Virus record (IMG/VR): IMGVR_UViG_3300048672_000475
Span: 16,857-80,856 of that record
Source of the DNA: a virus
Length of the DNA stretch: 64,000 nucleotides
Strand: one strand, 5' to 3'
Part shown: in pieces, positions 38,786-48,431 of the stretch
How positions within the stretch are numbered: position 1 is the first letter of the stretch
Layout of the letters: each line of letters starts with the position of its first letter
Notes under the pieces: model-generated
Databases searched by the model: none
Told to the model about the DNA's origin: nothing
What the model saw: the letters and a program-made list of their open reading frames with translations, nothing else
Made by a program: the position numbers and the translations under genes

Positions 38786-39223
38786 ATGGTCGCCATTGAT
38801 ATTATGATTGACCTGATAAAACGCTTCGAGGGCTGCAGGCTTGAGGCCTACAAGTGCCCCGCTGGCGTATGGACGATAGGGTACGGCTACACCCATGGGG
38901 TGAAAGAAGGGGACAAATGGACCCAGCAGCAGGCTGAATCGATGCTGTGGAAAGAAGCCGTCACCGTTATGGACCAGACGCTACAGACTAGCCCGAAACT
39001 GCGCAGCGCTACCCAAGGGCAGCAGGCTGCTATCGCGGATTTCGTCTACAACTGCGGGCTGGGGAACTACAAGACCTCGACCTTGCGACGTAACGTGGAT
39101 GCCGGCGACTTTAATGAGGCTAGATATAGCATCATGATGTGGGTGAAAGCGACGGTGGACGGAAAGAGGGTAAAACTGCCAGGGTTGGTGAAACGCAGGC
39201 AGGCTGAAGCCGATCTATTGTAA
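38786..39223 (+). CDS. endolysin, GH24 lysozyme
   Basis: FEGCRLEAYKCPAGVWTIGYG (E-x8-C-x5-T triad), FVYNCG, LPGLVKRR..E. Confidence 0.93.
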   Translation: MVAIDIMIDLIKRFEGCRLEAYKCPAGVWTIGYGYTHGVKEGDKWTQQQAESMLWKEAVTVMDQTLQTSPKLRSATQGQQAAIADFVYNCGLGNYKTSTLRRNVDAGDFNEARYSIMMWVKATVDGKRVKLPGLVKRRQAEADLL

Positions 39224-39246
39224 TTAACTAATTTAAAGGTAATACC

Positions 39247-39666
39247 ATGGCAACATATCAAAAGTTTGAACTCGGAATCGAGAAAATGATGGAGGCGGGC
39301 AACGCGCAGACCGACACTTGGGCAGTGATCCTGTCTAACACCGCGCCCAACTTGGCCACCGCGACTGATGCGACATCCGTTACTGAGTTGTCAACGGGCG
39401 GCGGGTATACCGCAGGCGGAAACGCTTGTTCGGTAACATCAGCAGCGGCTACCGGTGGAACTTATAAGCTTGTTCTAGGAAGCCCAGCTACCTGGACTGC
39501 ATCAGGTGCAGGCTTTACGTTCCGGTACGCTATTCTGTACAACGCGACACTGACGCAGTGTATCGGCATGTGGGACTACGGCTCGTCCGTCGTGATGAAC
39601 GGCACGAACGGTGATACGTTCACAGCTACCCTCGACGGCACAAACGGCGTATTCACTGTAGCGTAA
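39247..39666 (+). CDS. virion structural protein (Thr/Ala/Gly-rich)
   Basis: EL.T.GGYTAGG, WTASG, DYGSS; composition. Confidence 0.7.
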   Translation: MATYQKFELGIEKMMEAGNAQTDTWAVILSNTAPNLATATDATSVTELSTGGGYTAGGNACSVTSAAATGGTYKLVLGSPATWTASGAGFTFRYAILYNATLTQCIGMWDYGSSVVMNGTNGDTFTATLDGTNGVFTVA

Positions 39667-39686
39667 TCGATATCGTTGGAGGGATT

Positions 39687-40121
39687 ATGTCCTTGATTGA
39701 AGAGATAACCGCTGGCCCCTTGGCTGCTGAGATAACGCCGTATATTGCTAGTGGTGACGACGCAGCTATCGCGGATACCCTGAACCGCAGGGATATACCG
39801 GCGAAGAAGTCCGTGTCAGCGCACGACATACGCAAGTATATGATGCTGAATGACCTGCTACTACAGATCGAGCTGTCTACCGAGTTCCCGTGCATCGCTA
39901 CCAAGCGGGCACTGGAGGTATTCGAGACGTTCGACCTGTCGGACGCCTTGGTGCTGAGCAAGTTCACAGGCATGCTGGACGCCCTCATGACCACAAGTAC
40001 CGGGTTCGCTACTACGCACAAGGCTGCGCTGCTTGAACTGGGGGATACCCTAGTCAGTAGGGCTGACCTGCTGGGGTTGACTGTAACCCCTACCGACGTA
40101 GCCCAAGCCCTTAGACCCTAG
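39687..40121 (+). CDS. hypothetical protein, possibly virion-associated
   Basis: GGAGG RBS; weak resemblance to the next gene. Confidence 0.6.
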   Translation: MSLIEEITAGPLAAEITPYIASGDDAAIADTLNRRDIPAKKSVSAHDIRKYMMLNDLLLQIELSTEFPCIATKRALEVFETFDLSDALVLSKFTGMLDALMTTSTGFATTHKAALLELGDTLVSRADLLGLTVTPTDVAQALRP

Positions 40122-40132
40122 GAGATAGTGAT

Positions 40133-40663
40133 ATGAAAAAGTTGTTATTGATATTGGCGTTATTACCCTCAGCGGCGTATGCGCAACTCGACCAGACACA
40201 GATTTCAGCGCTGCATACCGCAGCACTGGCCGATCCTACTGCCGTTGCGTGCATGAACGTAGGCGACGACGGGTGCCTGAATAACTACCTGAACAGCCCG
40301 ACGACTTTCGTAGTGTGGAGAACTTCGGTGCCGCAAGAGGAAATTACAGGCGTTGCGAGTTTTGACTGGACGCGGGTTGATAACCTGTCGGTCGGCAAGG
40401 CCCGTATTTGGGACTGGATGTTTAGAAACGGCCCGATTAACGCGGCTAATTCAAATGTTCGTGCGGGTATTGACGCTACCTGGACAGGCACTGCGGCTGA
40501 TCTGGCTGTTCGAGCGAGCGTGTATACTAAATGCAAACGGTTTGCGACGGTAGCCGAGAAGGTATTGGCGACGGGCACTGGCACGGATGCGGTTCCAGGC
40601 GTCACTACATTCGATGGGTCTGTACCGTTTCAAGATACAGTTAAGATCAGGTTGGGCCAATAA
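40133..40663 (+). CDS. hypothetical protein with predicted Sec signal peptide
   Basis: MKKLLLILALLPSAAYA/Q. Confidence 0.65.
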   Translation: MKKLLLILALLPSAAYAQLDQTQISALHTAALADPTAVACMNVGDDGCLNNYLNSPTTFVVWRTSVPQEEITGVASFDWTRVDNLSVGKARIWDWMFRNGPINAANSNVRAGIDATWTGTAADLAVRASVYTKCKRFATVAEKVLATGTGTDAVPGVTTFDGSVPFQDTVKIRLGQ

Positions 40664-40664
40664 C

Positions 40665-41114
40665 ATGGCTACGATCACTCAGGTACAAGCAACGAAAGCC
40701 TCGTTGACTGTTACGGGGTTAAGCACATTAGCCAACGCCACGTACGTAGCATCCTCTGCTTATGACGCCACCACCAACAAGCCGATGGACGTGGTGGTGG
40801 AGGTAGAGGTTGCTACGACGAATACGCCTTCGGGTAACAAGCAGGTTGTTGTGTTTGCGCAGGCGTCTTTGGACGGTACGAACTACCAGTCCGGTCCGAC
40901 GTCTGGCACCACGACCACCGACGAGCCAGACCTGACGTTATTGGGGACTGTGCCGGTAAACACGTCTACAACGACACATCGCAAAGCGTTCAGTCTGGCC
41001 GCTGCTTACGGGTTTCGCCCGCAGAAGTTTCAGATCGTACTTAAGAACGACCTCGGTGTAGCGTTGACATCCGGGGCTGTGTACACAGCAGAAATTAGTT
41101 ATGTGAGTGCGTAA
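40665..41114 (+). CDS. beta-rich virion structural protein
   Basis: Thr-rich; SLDGTNY, FSLAAAYG..P. Confidence 0.65.
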   Translation: MATITQVQATKASLTVTGLSTLANATYVASSAYDATTNKPMDVVVEVEVATTNTPSGNKQVVVFAQASLDGTNYQSGPTSGTTTTDEPDLTLLGTVPVNTSTTTHRKAFSLAAAYGFRPQKFQIVLKNDLGVALTSGAVYTAEISYVSA

Positions 41115-41116
41115 GC

Positions 41117-42820
41117 ATGCCCGTACTGCTCAGGCCTAGCCTACTTACCAGCCAGCCGCAAGGTACGGTTGCGCTAAACCGGGCTAACCCGCTGACGGTT
41201 GGCCTTGGTAATTTGTGGGTTGCTACGTCTTTAGCGGACGTAGCGACGGGTCTTCTACCGCTCTCAATAGGAAGCAGCACTACTTTTGATATACGCGGCG
41301 ACAAGACCGGCGGGGCCATGCGCGCCTTGGTATCTACCGCTTCCACATCATCGACTTTCGGGCTACAGTATCCGCTAGGGATACCGCTGACGGGCAACTT
41401 TACGCTATTTGCGTACTCGAAGCTAGACTTCAATACCTTTTTAACATCATGCGCTATAGCTAACGACTACACGGGATCGGTAGGCACTACGGCGATTATT
41501 AAGAGCAGTGGCACCTATCATCCGAGGGGCTACGTAACTAACAGTGCCGGTACGGTAGTTCAGGCAAACTCGGCTACTACATTACCTACCGCGTTAATAC
41601 TACAGACTCTGGTGTATAACGGGTCGAACATCCTTTTCTATGAGAACGGGGTACAAGTAGCTAGCGCGTCAGTTACGTCAATCAAGCAGTATGCCAGCCA
41701 GAAATTTTTAGTGGGTCATGGCGCCTCCGCGACTATCGCGGGCTATATGGGTATGTGCGGCGCGTTCTCCCGTGCGCTGGCTCCCGCAGAGATTGCATCA
41801 CTGGCAGCTAACCCATGGCAGCTTCTCAAGTCAACAAACCCGGTTATATCGGCCCTCACCACTGCGGCGGGTGCTACAAACTACAGCCTTACCTGCTCAG
41901 CAGGTGCGTACGCCTACACCGGCGTAGCTGCTGGGCTGAAAGTAGCGCATACGCTAACCTGCTCAGCGGGTGCGTACGCCTACATCGGCGTAGCCGCTGG
42001 GCTGAAAGTAGCGCATATGCTAACCTGTTCAGCGGGTGCGTACGCCTACACCGGCGTAGCTGCTGGGCTGAAAGTAGCGCATGTGCTAACCTGTTCAGCG
42101 GGCTCGTACGCCTATACTGGAGTGGCGGCTACTCTAAATTACGGGGCCGGCTCGGTTAGCTACAGCCTGACCTGCTCGGCGGGCGCGTACTCCCTTACTG
42201 GCGTAGCCTCAACGCTACACCGCGCGGTGATGCTCCCAGCAAGTGCGGGTAGCTACGTGGTTACCGGCGTAAGCGGTGGCCTACAAGTATCTCGGTCGAT
42301 GCCGTGCGCCTCCGGCGCGTACACACTTACTGGAACTGCTGGCGCCCTAGGGGTCTCGCACACGCTTACATGTGCTACGGGTACGTATACGCATACCGGT
42401 GTTGCAGCGACGTTGATCTACTCCGGAGGCGCGGCGAGCTACGCGCTTACCTGCAGCCCTGGTAGTTACACGTACTCTGGTATAGCGTCTCTGCAACCGA
42501 TAACCCGTGTAATGCCATGCAGTGCCGGCGGATATACGGTTACCGGCGGGACGGTTAGCTTTATCCGTGGGATCAACCTGTTGTGCGAAGCCGGCGCGTA
42601 CTCACTTACCGGCGGTGCGGCGACACTTACGGCCTTCCAAGGCGCGGCTGTGTACGCATTGACCTGTAGTCCTGGCAGCTACGTGCTAACGGGCGGGGCC
42701 GGTATTCTGCAGTACCTAGCATCCGGAAAGATCATCGCTGACCAACTCCATTGCGTGAAGCGGCTAGATACCGACGTGATGATTAGAACGGCGAGGCACT
42801 ACCAGTTAATCCAGAGCTAG
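41117..42820 (+). CDS. fibre/receptor-binding-like protein: LamG/ConA-like domain and Cys-containing repeats
   Basis: VYNGS..LFYENG, FSRALAPAEI..L..NPWQ; repeats LTCSAGAY.YTG. Confidence 0.7.
   Translation: MPVLLRPSLLTSQPQGTVALNRANPLTVGLGNLWVATSLADVATGLLPLSIGSSTTFDIRGDKTGGAMRALVSTASTSSTFGLQYPLGIPLTGNFTLFAYSKLDFNTFLTSCAIANDYTGSVGTTAIIKSSGTYHPRGYVTNSAGTVVQANSATTLPTALILQTLVYNGSNILFYENGVQVASASVTSIKQYASQKFLVGHGASATIAGYMGMCGAFSRALAPAEIASLAANPWQLLKSTNPVISALTTAAGATNYSLTCSAGAYAYTGVAAGLKVAHTLTCSAGAYAYIGVAAGLKVAHMLTCSAGAYAYTGVAAGLKVAHVLTCSAGSYAYTGVAATLNYGAGSVSYSLTCSAGAYSLTGVASTLHRAVMLPASAGSYVVTGVSGGLQVSRSMPCASGAYTLTGTAGALGVSHTLTCATGTYTHTGVAATLIYSGGAASYALTCSPGSYTYSGIASLQPITRVMPCSAGGYTVTGGTVSFIRGINLLCEAGAYSLTGGAATLTAFQGAAVYALTCSPGSYVLTGGAGILQYLASGKIIADQLHCVKRLDTDVMIRTARHYQLIQS
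41888..42130 (+). repeat. 66-bp tandem coding repeat (~3.7 copies)
   Basis: Units start at 41888, 41954, 42020, 42086. Confidence 0.9.
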
Positions 42821-43063
42821 CCACACTCCATACTGATAAATTGAAGGCGACCACATGAAAGGTATCCACTTACTCCTGAATAACGGGGGAACTCCGCTAG
42901 CCATGGCCGGGGATACGGGTATTTTGTACCGCTATCAGGTTAAAAACAAAACTTGGTATCGGGTGCAATAATGGCGATTACTCGCGCGTCGAGACGTTTT
43001 AGTATAATGGTAAAAGCAGCCGTAATACCCAACAACCCTATACCAACCATCAGTGGTTTCACC

Positions 43064-43552
43064 ATGAATACATACTCCGCAACACAGAAGGGCCCATTGA
43101 AAATACCAGGGTATATCGACAAAGATGAGGTTACCATCATCAACGTGTACTGGGGCGCTCCGCCGTTCACCGCCAATGCAGTCTACCGCGAGGGTGACAT
43201 CTGCACCCCCTCCGTGGATAACGGCTATTACTATCAGTGCACTACCAACGGTGTGGCCGCTGCAACTGAGCCGACTGCATGGGGGCAAGTAACGCAGACC
43301 AGCGGTACGGCTAAATTCACTGCGATACCGTATGACTTGTTCGTGCTCCCCAGCGAGACTATCAGTACGTCTACCTGGGCGGCAACGACCGGGGTGACGC
43401 TTACAGGTTCCGCGCATACCGGTTTCGTAACGTCGGTCGAGGTTTCGATTACAGACGCTACGCTCACGACTTTCGAGCTTACCAATTCGATAACGAAGAG
43501 CAACGGCGAGAAGCGCGACCGGACGTTCATGTACAAGATAAATACGCAGTAG
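43064..43552 (+). CDS. structural protein with a carbohydrate-binding-module-like insert
   Basis: FTANAVYREGD...NGYYYQCTTNG...EPTAW. Confidence 0.6.
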   Translation: MNTYSATQKGPLKIPGYIDKDEVTIINVYWGAPPFTANAVYREGDICTPSVDNGYYYQCTTNGVAAATEPTAWGQVTQTSGTAKFTAIPYDLFVLPSETISTSTWAATTGVTLTGSAHTGFVTSVEVSITDATLTTFELTNSITKSNGEKRDRTFMYKINTQ

Positions 43553-43575
43553 CGCGGCGAGAAATACCGAATACC

Positions 43576-43603
43576 GAATGCCGGAAACATATCCGGCATT
43601 TTT
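43576..43603 (+). terminator. intrinsic terminator
   Basis: AATGCCGGA-AACATA-TCCGGCATT-TTT. Confidence 0.7.
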
Positions 43604-43940
43604 GTGTTGTATCGTTTGACACTCCGTAGTAAACTTTAGGCATGTAATTTAAGGAGGGGAAATGGACGCTACTGAAGCGAAAAGAGGCGATTTTAAATGC
43701 CGAAAAACGGCGGATGTATCGGGGTATCTTATTTTTATAACCACTGTTGCGGTACTTATGGCATGCCTTCACTTTATATTTTGCTGATAGCGATGAGCAT
43801 ACTCGCCGCTGTAGTGGTATACACCCTATTGGCGGTATCGGAAGTTAGATACCGAGCGTCGCAAGATAGGGCATATGTTGACGGGGAGCTACGGAGGCTT
43901 AGGGCTAACCTAAACCACCATATAACGGCTGAAATAGACG

Positions 43941-44657
43941 ATGGAAAGTAACATACCCGAGCAACTAAAACGGTACAAAAAAGACCCTCTCGATATCCTG
44001 GATGGGCGCGTATTGCCGCCCGCATACCCTAGAGACGTGAAGCTGAAAAAACTATCCCATATCGCAGGTACTATCAATAAAGGTCGACCGGCTAAGTATC
44101 CGTGCGCGGAGGCGCTTCAGTATGCGGTCGAGCTGTACATGGAGCGGTTCGATCAGACCATACCGAGGGACGAGGAGTGGCGTAAGCGGTATCCATCAAT
44201 CTACCCCACTATACCGGGGTTGGTGTACGCATTAGGCTTTGCGAGCAAAGACGAATTTAAGCGGCAAGCGCAACGTGACGAGGGGTTCAAATTCGTCGTC
44301 GAACAAGCGTTTACTCGTATCGAAGAATTCAAAAATGATTTGCTACTAAAAGGCGGTAACTCAACTACTGGCGCTATGCACGATCTTGTCAACCACCATG
44401 GGTGGACGACTAAAGTGGAGCAGAATACCACGCTAAACGCCGGCAGCGATTTAGCAGCCCTCGTCCAAGCATTACAGGGTAAAGTACTGCGCCCCGTACT
44501 ACCTATACAAGACAATGAAGAAATTGAAGACGCGGAATACGCGGAAACCGAGGCCAACGCTGAAGAGGTGGATGAGGTCTCTACTCAGGCTTTTCCGAAT
44601 TCGGAAGAGTATGCCGAAGACGGCGAAATAGAAGATAGTATGGAGGATTTATTATGA
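43941..44657 (+). CDS. terminase small subunit (gp3-like)
   Basis: GRPAKY, PTIPGL..ALGF, L.NHHGW; upstream of terL. Confidence 0.7.
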   Translation: MESNIPEQLKRYKKDPLDILDGRVLPPAYPRDVKLKKLSHIAGTINKGRPAKYPCAEALQYAVELYMERFDQTIPRDEEWRKRYPSIYPTIPGLVYALGFASKDEFKRQAQRDEGFKFVVEQAFTRIEEFKNDLLLKGGNSTTGAMHDLVNHHGWTTKVEQNTTLNAGSDLAALVQALQGKVLRPVLPIQDNEEIEDAEYAETEANAEEVDEVSTQAFPNSEEYAEDGEIEDSMEDLL

Positions 44658-44899
44658 CCGAACTGCATGACTTTGGGTGGGCTGTAGCACAATTAAAAGT
44701 AGGGCATAAGGTATGCCGAGCAGGGTGGAATGGTAAGGGTATGTGGCTTGAACTTATCAGCGCAGGGGACTACGAGGTAACCGCTATGGGGTTTAGTCTT
44801 CTTCCGTGGATTGGTATGAAAACAGCGGATGATAAATTTGTACCCTGGCTCGCGTCTCATACGGATGTACTAACCGAAGATTGGGCGTATAAGGCGTGA
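44654..44899 (+). CDS. DUF2829 / Tad2-like anti-defence signal sponge
   Basis: DFGWA...LK.G.KV.R.GWNGKGMW...PWLAS.TD.L.EDW. Confidence 0.75.
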   Translation: MTELHDFGWAVAQLKVGHKVCRAGWNGKGMWLELISAGDYEVTAMGFSLLPWIGMKTADDKFVPWLASHTDVLTEDWAYKA

Positions 44900-44991
44900 A
44901 TAAATCCGGAGGACGCGCGACAAGGGCTTAGTACGGATGCGGGACCGAACTTCCCGAAAGCTAAAAACGAAACACAAAACTGGAGAACAAA

Positions 44992-46833
44992 ATGATAAAC
45001 GTAAAAGAGTACAGTACTCCGGTACTGATAACGACCCTTCGCGCCTATAACGAGGCATACCGTAGCGGGACGCCTTTGGTACCCGATCACGCCTACGATG
45101 CCTTGGTGGAAGAACTTCGATTCCGCATGCCGAGTCACCCATTCCTGCAAGAACCCGAGCCCGAACCGGAAAACGTATTCGGCAAGACGGCACCCCTCCC
45201 AGAGCGTATGCTATCCACCCAAAAAGCGTATACAACCGAAGAGGTGCAAAAATGGTGTGCGGAAGTAGACCGCGTTTCTAAAATGATAGGCGTAGCGCCG
45301 CTCGTCAAAGTGATGCCTAAGTTAGATGGGTATGCAGCGTACTACGACGGCGAAAAGATGTATACGCGGGGCGACGGGCGGAACGGTACTGACATATCGC
45401 ACGTATTAGAGTGCATGACCTTTGATATGACCGTCAAAGGTAAAGGCGAAATCGTCGTAGATTCAGATTTCTTTAAAGAGTACCTAGCAGACGAATTTGA
45501 GAATACACGCAATGTTATCGCGGCGGCGTTGAAAGAAGGCGAAAAATCCGACGCTGTATTGGCGGGGCTACAATCAGGCCATATTCGATTTGAAGCGTTC
45601 AGCAATTTGAGTGTTTCGCCTACTATTAAAGCAACGGACGCGCCGGCTATAATCGACACGCTGTGGACAGACATAATTACTAACTGCCCGTACGACACGG
45701 ACGGCCTAGTATTTGAGGCGCTGGATGATGCTGTCAAAGACGAGATGGGCGCTACCAATCATCATCACCGTTGGCAGATGGCGTACAAACGCAATACCGA
45801 GTTCTATGATGTTCGGGTAACGGGATTAACATGGCAAACAGCCAAGTCGGGCCGTATTACGCCAGTTGTCGAGCTGGAACCTACGCGCATCTCCGGCGTA
45901 ACGGTGAGTCGCGCTACGGGACACCATGCGGGTAATGTGATTAACCAAGGTATCGACGACGGTGCTATCGTCCGGGTATGCCGAAGCGGTCAGGTTATCC
46001 CCTATATCTCAGAAGTGGTAGCCGAGGCACCTTTCGGATTGGTAGCGCACCCCGGAGAATGCCCATCGTGCGGAGCCCCAACGCATTTGGACGGCGATAA
46101 CTTGATGTGTACCAACGTCGCGGATTGCCCCGCACAGGTAGCGGGTAAAATTGAGCATTTTTTCAAAACGATTGGTAATTGTGACGGCTTCGGACCGGTT
46201 GTGTGTGAACAACTGGTTAAGTACGGAATAACTAGGGTATCTGAAGTGTACGGAATGTCTTCTCGGGAGTTTGGTACCGCCGGGTTCGGAGAGAAAACAG
46301 CGTTTAATTTATACAATGAGCTGCTTAATAGCACGCAACGGGAGATAGAGGACTGGCGATTCTTAGCCGCATTCGGGATTCCTAACTTTGGGCCCGCGAG
46401 TTGTGAAAAATTACTTCAAAAATACCCGATAGCTCTGCTGGATGAGCTGGAGCCAGACGACTTAACTACCGTAGAAGGCATAGGGGAGCTAACGGCTAAT
46501 TCTTTTTACCAGCAGTTCCAGAATTTAGATTATGACGGCGAATTTTGGGAGTTGCTAGATATGTTTAGGCTAAAACATACGCCAGTTTGCGGCCACAGGA
46601 CAGGAAGCCTAGCTGGAAAAACGATTTGCTTTACCGGCACGATGACTCAAGGTAGCCGCAAGGATATGGAAGCGTCGGCAAAAGCAAACGGCGCGACGGT
46701 GACTTCTAGCGTGAGTAGCAAGACGGATTATCTAGTCTGCGGCGAAAATGTAGGTGCGAACAAAACGGCTGCGGCGGCTAAGAATGGCGTTACGGTGTTG
46801 ACGGAGGACGAGTATTTGGGGATGATCGGGTAA
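44992..46833 (+). CDS. ligA: NAD+-dependent DNA ligase
   Basis: YNEAY..G, KLDG, TRGDG, DGLV, OB fold, C4 zinc finger, HhH, C-terminal BRCT. Confidence 0.93.
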   Translation: MINVKEYSTPVLITTLRAYNEAYRSGTPLVPDHAYDALVEELRFRMPSHPFLQEPEPEPENVFGKTAPLPERMLSTQKAYTTEEVQKWCAEVDRVSKMIGVAPLVKVMPKLDGYAAYYDGEKMYTRGDGRNGTDISHVLECMTFDMTVKGKGEIVVDSDFFKEYLADEFENTRNVIAAALKEGEKSDAVLAGLQSGHIRFEAFSNLSVSPTIKATDAPAIIDTLWTDIITNCPYDTDGLVFEALDDAVKDEMGATNHHHRWQMAYKRNTEFYDVRVTGLTWQTAKSGRITPVVELEPTRISGVTVSRATGHHAGNVINQGIDDGAIVRVCRSGQVIPYISEVVAEAPFGLVAHPGECPSCGAPTHLDGDNLMCTNVADCPAQVAGKIEHFFKTIGNCDGFGPVVCEQLVKYGITRVSEVYGMSSREFGTAGFGEKTAFNLYNELLNSTQREIEDWRFLAAFGIPNFGPASCEKLLQKYPIALLDELEPDDLTTVEGIGELTANSFYQQFQNLDYDGEFWELLDMFRLKHTPVCGHRTGSLAGKTICFTGTMTQGSRKDMEASAKANGATVTSSVSSKTDYLVCGENVGANKTAAAAKNGVTVLTEDEYLGMIG

Positions 46834-46834
46834 C

Positions 46835-46863
46835 TTGACAACAGATCTGCCTCCAATTATCAT
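46835..46863 (+). promoter_or_regulatory. sigma70 promoter for the endonuclease gene
   Basis: TTGACA-17-TATCAT. Confidence 0.65.
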
Positions 46864-46892
46864 ATATCGGAAATCTGATAACTGGAGGCAGT

Positions 46893-48431
46893 ATGAAAAG
46901 AGCGGTAACCGAAAAAACGGAGGCCCTTAAAGAAAAGTTACGTGGCGAGGGGAGAGTGATTTTCCTTAACCGAATGCAAGAGATGTACGGCGACAAGCTA
47001 GATCTTAGCTTGGTTCAATACGTGAATTCGCAGACCAAAGTAAAGGTACGATGTGTAGAGCACGACCATGTTTTTGAGGGTAAACCAAACAATTTAGGCA
47101 TGGGTAAGACAGGATGCCCTACTTGCACCACGGCTAAAAAGAAAGCGGCTAATCCGAATACGCTGTCTCAAGAAACTTTTCTTGCTAAGTGCAGAGAAGT
47201 ACACGGCGACAAATATGATTACTCAAAAACCGTATACGAATCCGCGCACAAAGAAGTCACAATAATCTGCCCGGAGCATGGCGAATTCACGCAGCTAGCT
47301 AGATCACACCACAAAGGGCAGGGGTGTAGGCGGTGCGCTCGCATAGCTATTACGAATAAGCAGTTGGGTAATTTAGAAGACTTTATCGCAATAGCAACAG
47401 AAGTTCATAAAGGCAAATACGACTATAGGCTAGCGGAGTACGCGGGAAATTTAACCGCTGTAAAAATACTCTGCAAGGACCACGGTATATTTGAGCAGAA
47501 TCCAAAAGACCATAAGCAAGGGAACGGATGTCCAAAATGCGGAGTTACAGGACCGTCTAAAGCTGAGGCCGAAATAGCGGAATATGTGAAGTCTTTAGTA
47601 GAAGGTGTACGGACCAGCGATAGGTCGGCCATAGCCCCGAATGAACTGGATATTTATGTACCGGATAAAAATTTGGCTATCGAATTCAATGGTGTTTACT
47701 ACCACTCCGAAAAATTCATATCCAAAGATTATCACCTAGAAAAACTAAAGAAATGCAATTCAGCAGGCATAGACCTGATACAAATATTTGAGGATGAGTG
47801 GGAGGATTTAGGAAAACGCGAAATCGTAAAATCCATGATTTCATCCAGATTAGGAGCTAACGGTACTCGTATTTATGCGAGAAATACCGCTTTAGAGGTA
47901 GTCCAGACTAAAGAAGCGCGGACGTTTCTTGACGCTAACCATATACAAGGATTTGCGGCCACAGGAACCTACTATGGCCTACGAACAAAAGACGGCGAAT
48001 TGGTATCCGTAATGGCGTTTTCTCCCCCAAGGCGGTCTATAACGCGGGCGAAAACGGAGTACGAGTTAGAGTTGGTTCGGTACGCACCCAAACTATTTAC
48101 CACTGTTGTAGGAGGGTTCTCCAAGTTACTTAGCCCGGTAAAAGGTAAGCGGATAGTGACGTATTGCGATAGGCGGCTATTTAACGGAAACGGATACAAA
48201 GCGGTAGGTTTCAGAGTGGTTAGGGAAAATCCACCTGAGTATTACTACCTACACCGAAAAACTCGAAATTTCAGGCATTCACGATTAGGGTTCCAACGAA
48301 AACACCTAGAGAAAAAACTTGAGAATTTTGATCCGGCCAAAACTGAACATCAAAACATGCTAGATCACGGATACCGCAGGATTTACGGATGCGGTACTAT
48401 AACGCTCGTACTGGACAAAGGTAATACATGA
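46893..48431 (+). CDS. Hef-like homing endonuclease with three zinc-ribbon repeats
   Basis: C..H..F......G.GC..C x3; ELDIY...AIEFNG.YYHS; IYARN...NHIQG...GGFSKL. Confidence 0.75.
   Translation: MKRAVTEKTEALKEKLRGEGRVIFLNRMQEMYGDKLDLSLVQYVNSQTKVKVRCVEHDHVFEGKPNNLGMGKTGCPTCTTAKKKAANPNTLSQETFLAKCREVHGDKYDYSKTVYESAHKEVTIICPEHGEFTQLARSHHKGQGCRRCARIAITNKQLGNLEDFIAIATEVHKGKYDYRLAEYAGNLTAVKILCKDHGIFEQNPKDHKQGNGCPKCGVTGPSKAEAEIAEYVKSLVEGVRTSDRSAIAPNELDIYVPDKNLAIEFNGVYYHSEKFISKDYHLEKLKKCNSAGIDLIQIFEDEWEDLGKREIVKSMISSRLGANGTRIYARNTALEVVQTKEARTFLDANHIQGFAATGTYYGLRTKDGELVSVMAFSPPRRSITRAKTEYELELVRYAPKLFTTVVGGFSKLLSPVKGKRIVTYCDRRLFNGNGYKAVGFRVVRENPPEYYYLHRKTRNFRHSRLGFQRKHLEKKLENFDPAKTEHQNMLDHGYRRIYGCGTITLVLDKGNT

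Noticed and set aside
44925-44970. Hammerhead-like ribozyme before ligA (stem followed by GAAA)
   Set aside because: The core reads CGGATGC rather than CTGANGA and no convincing stems I/III are visible
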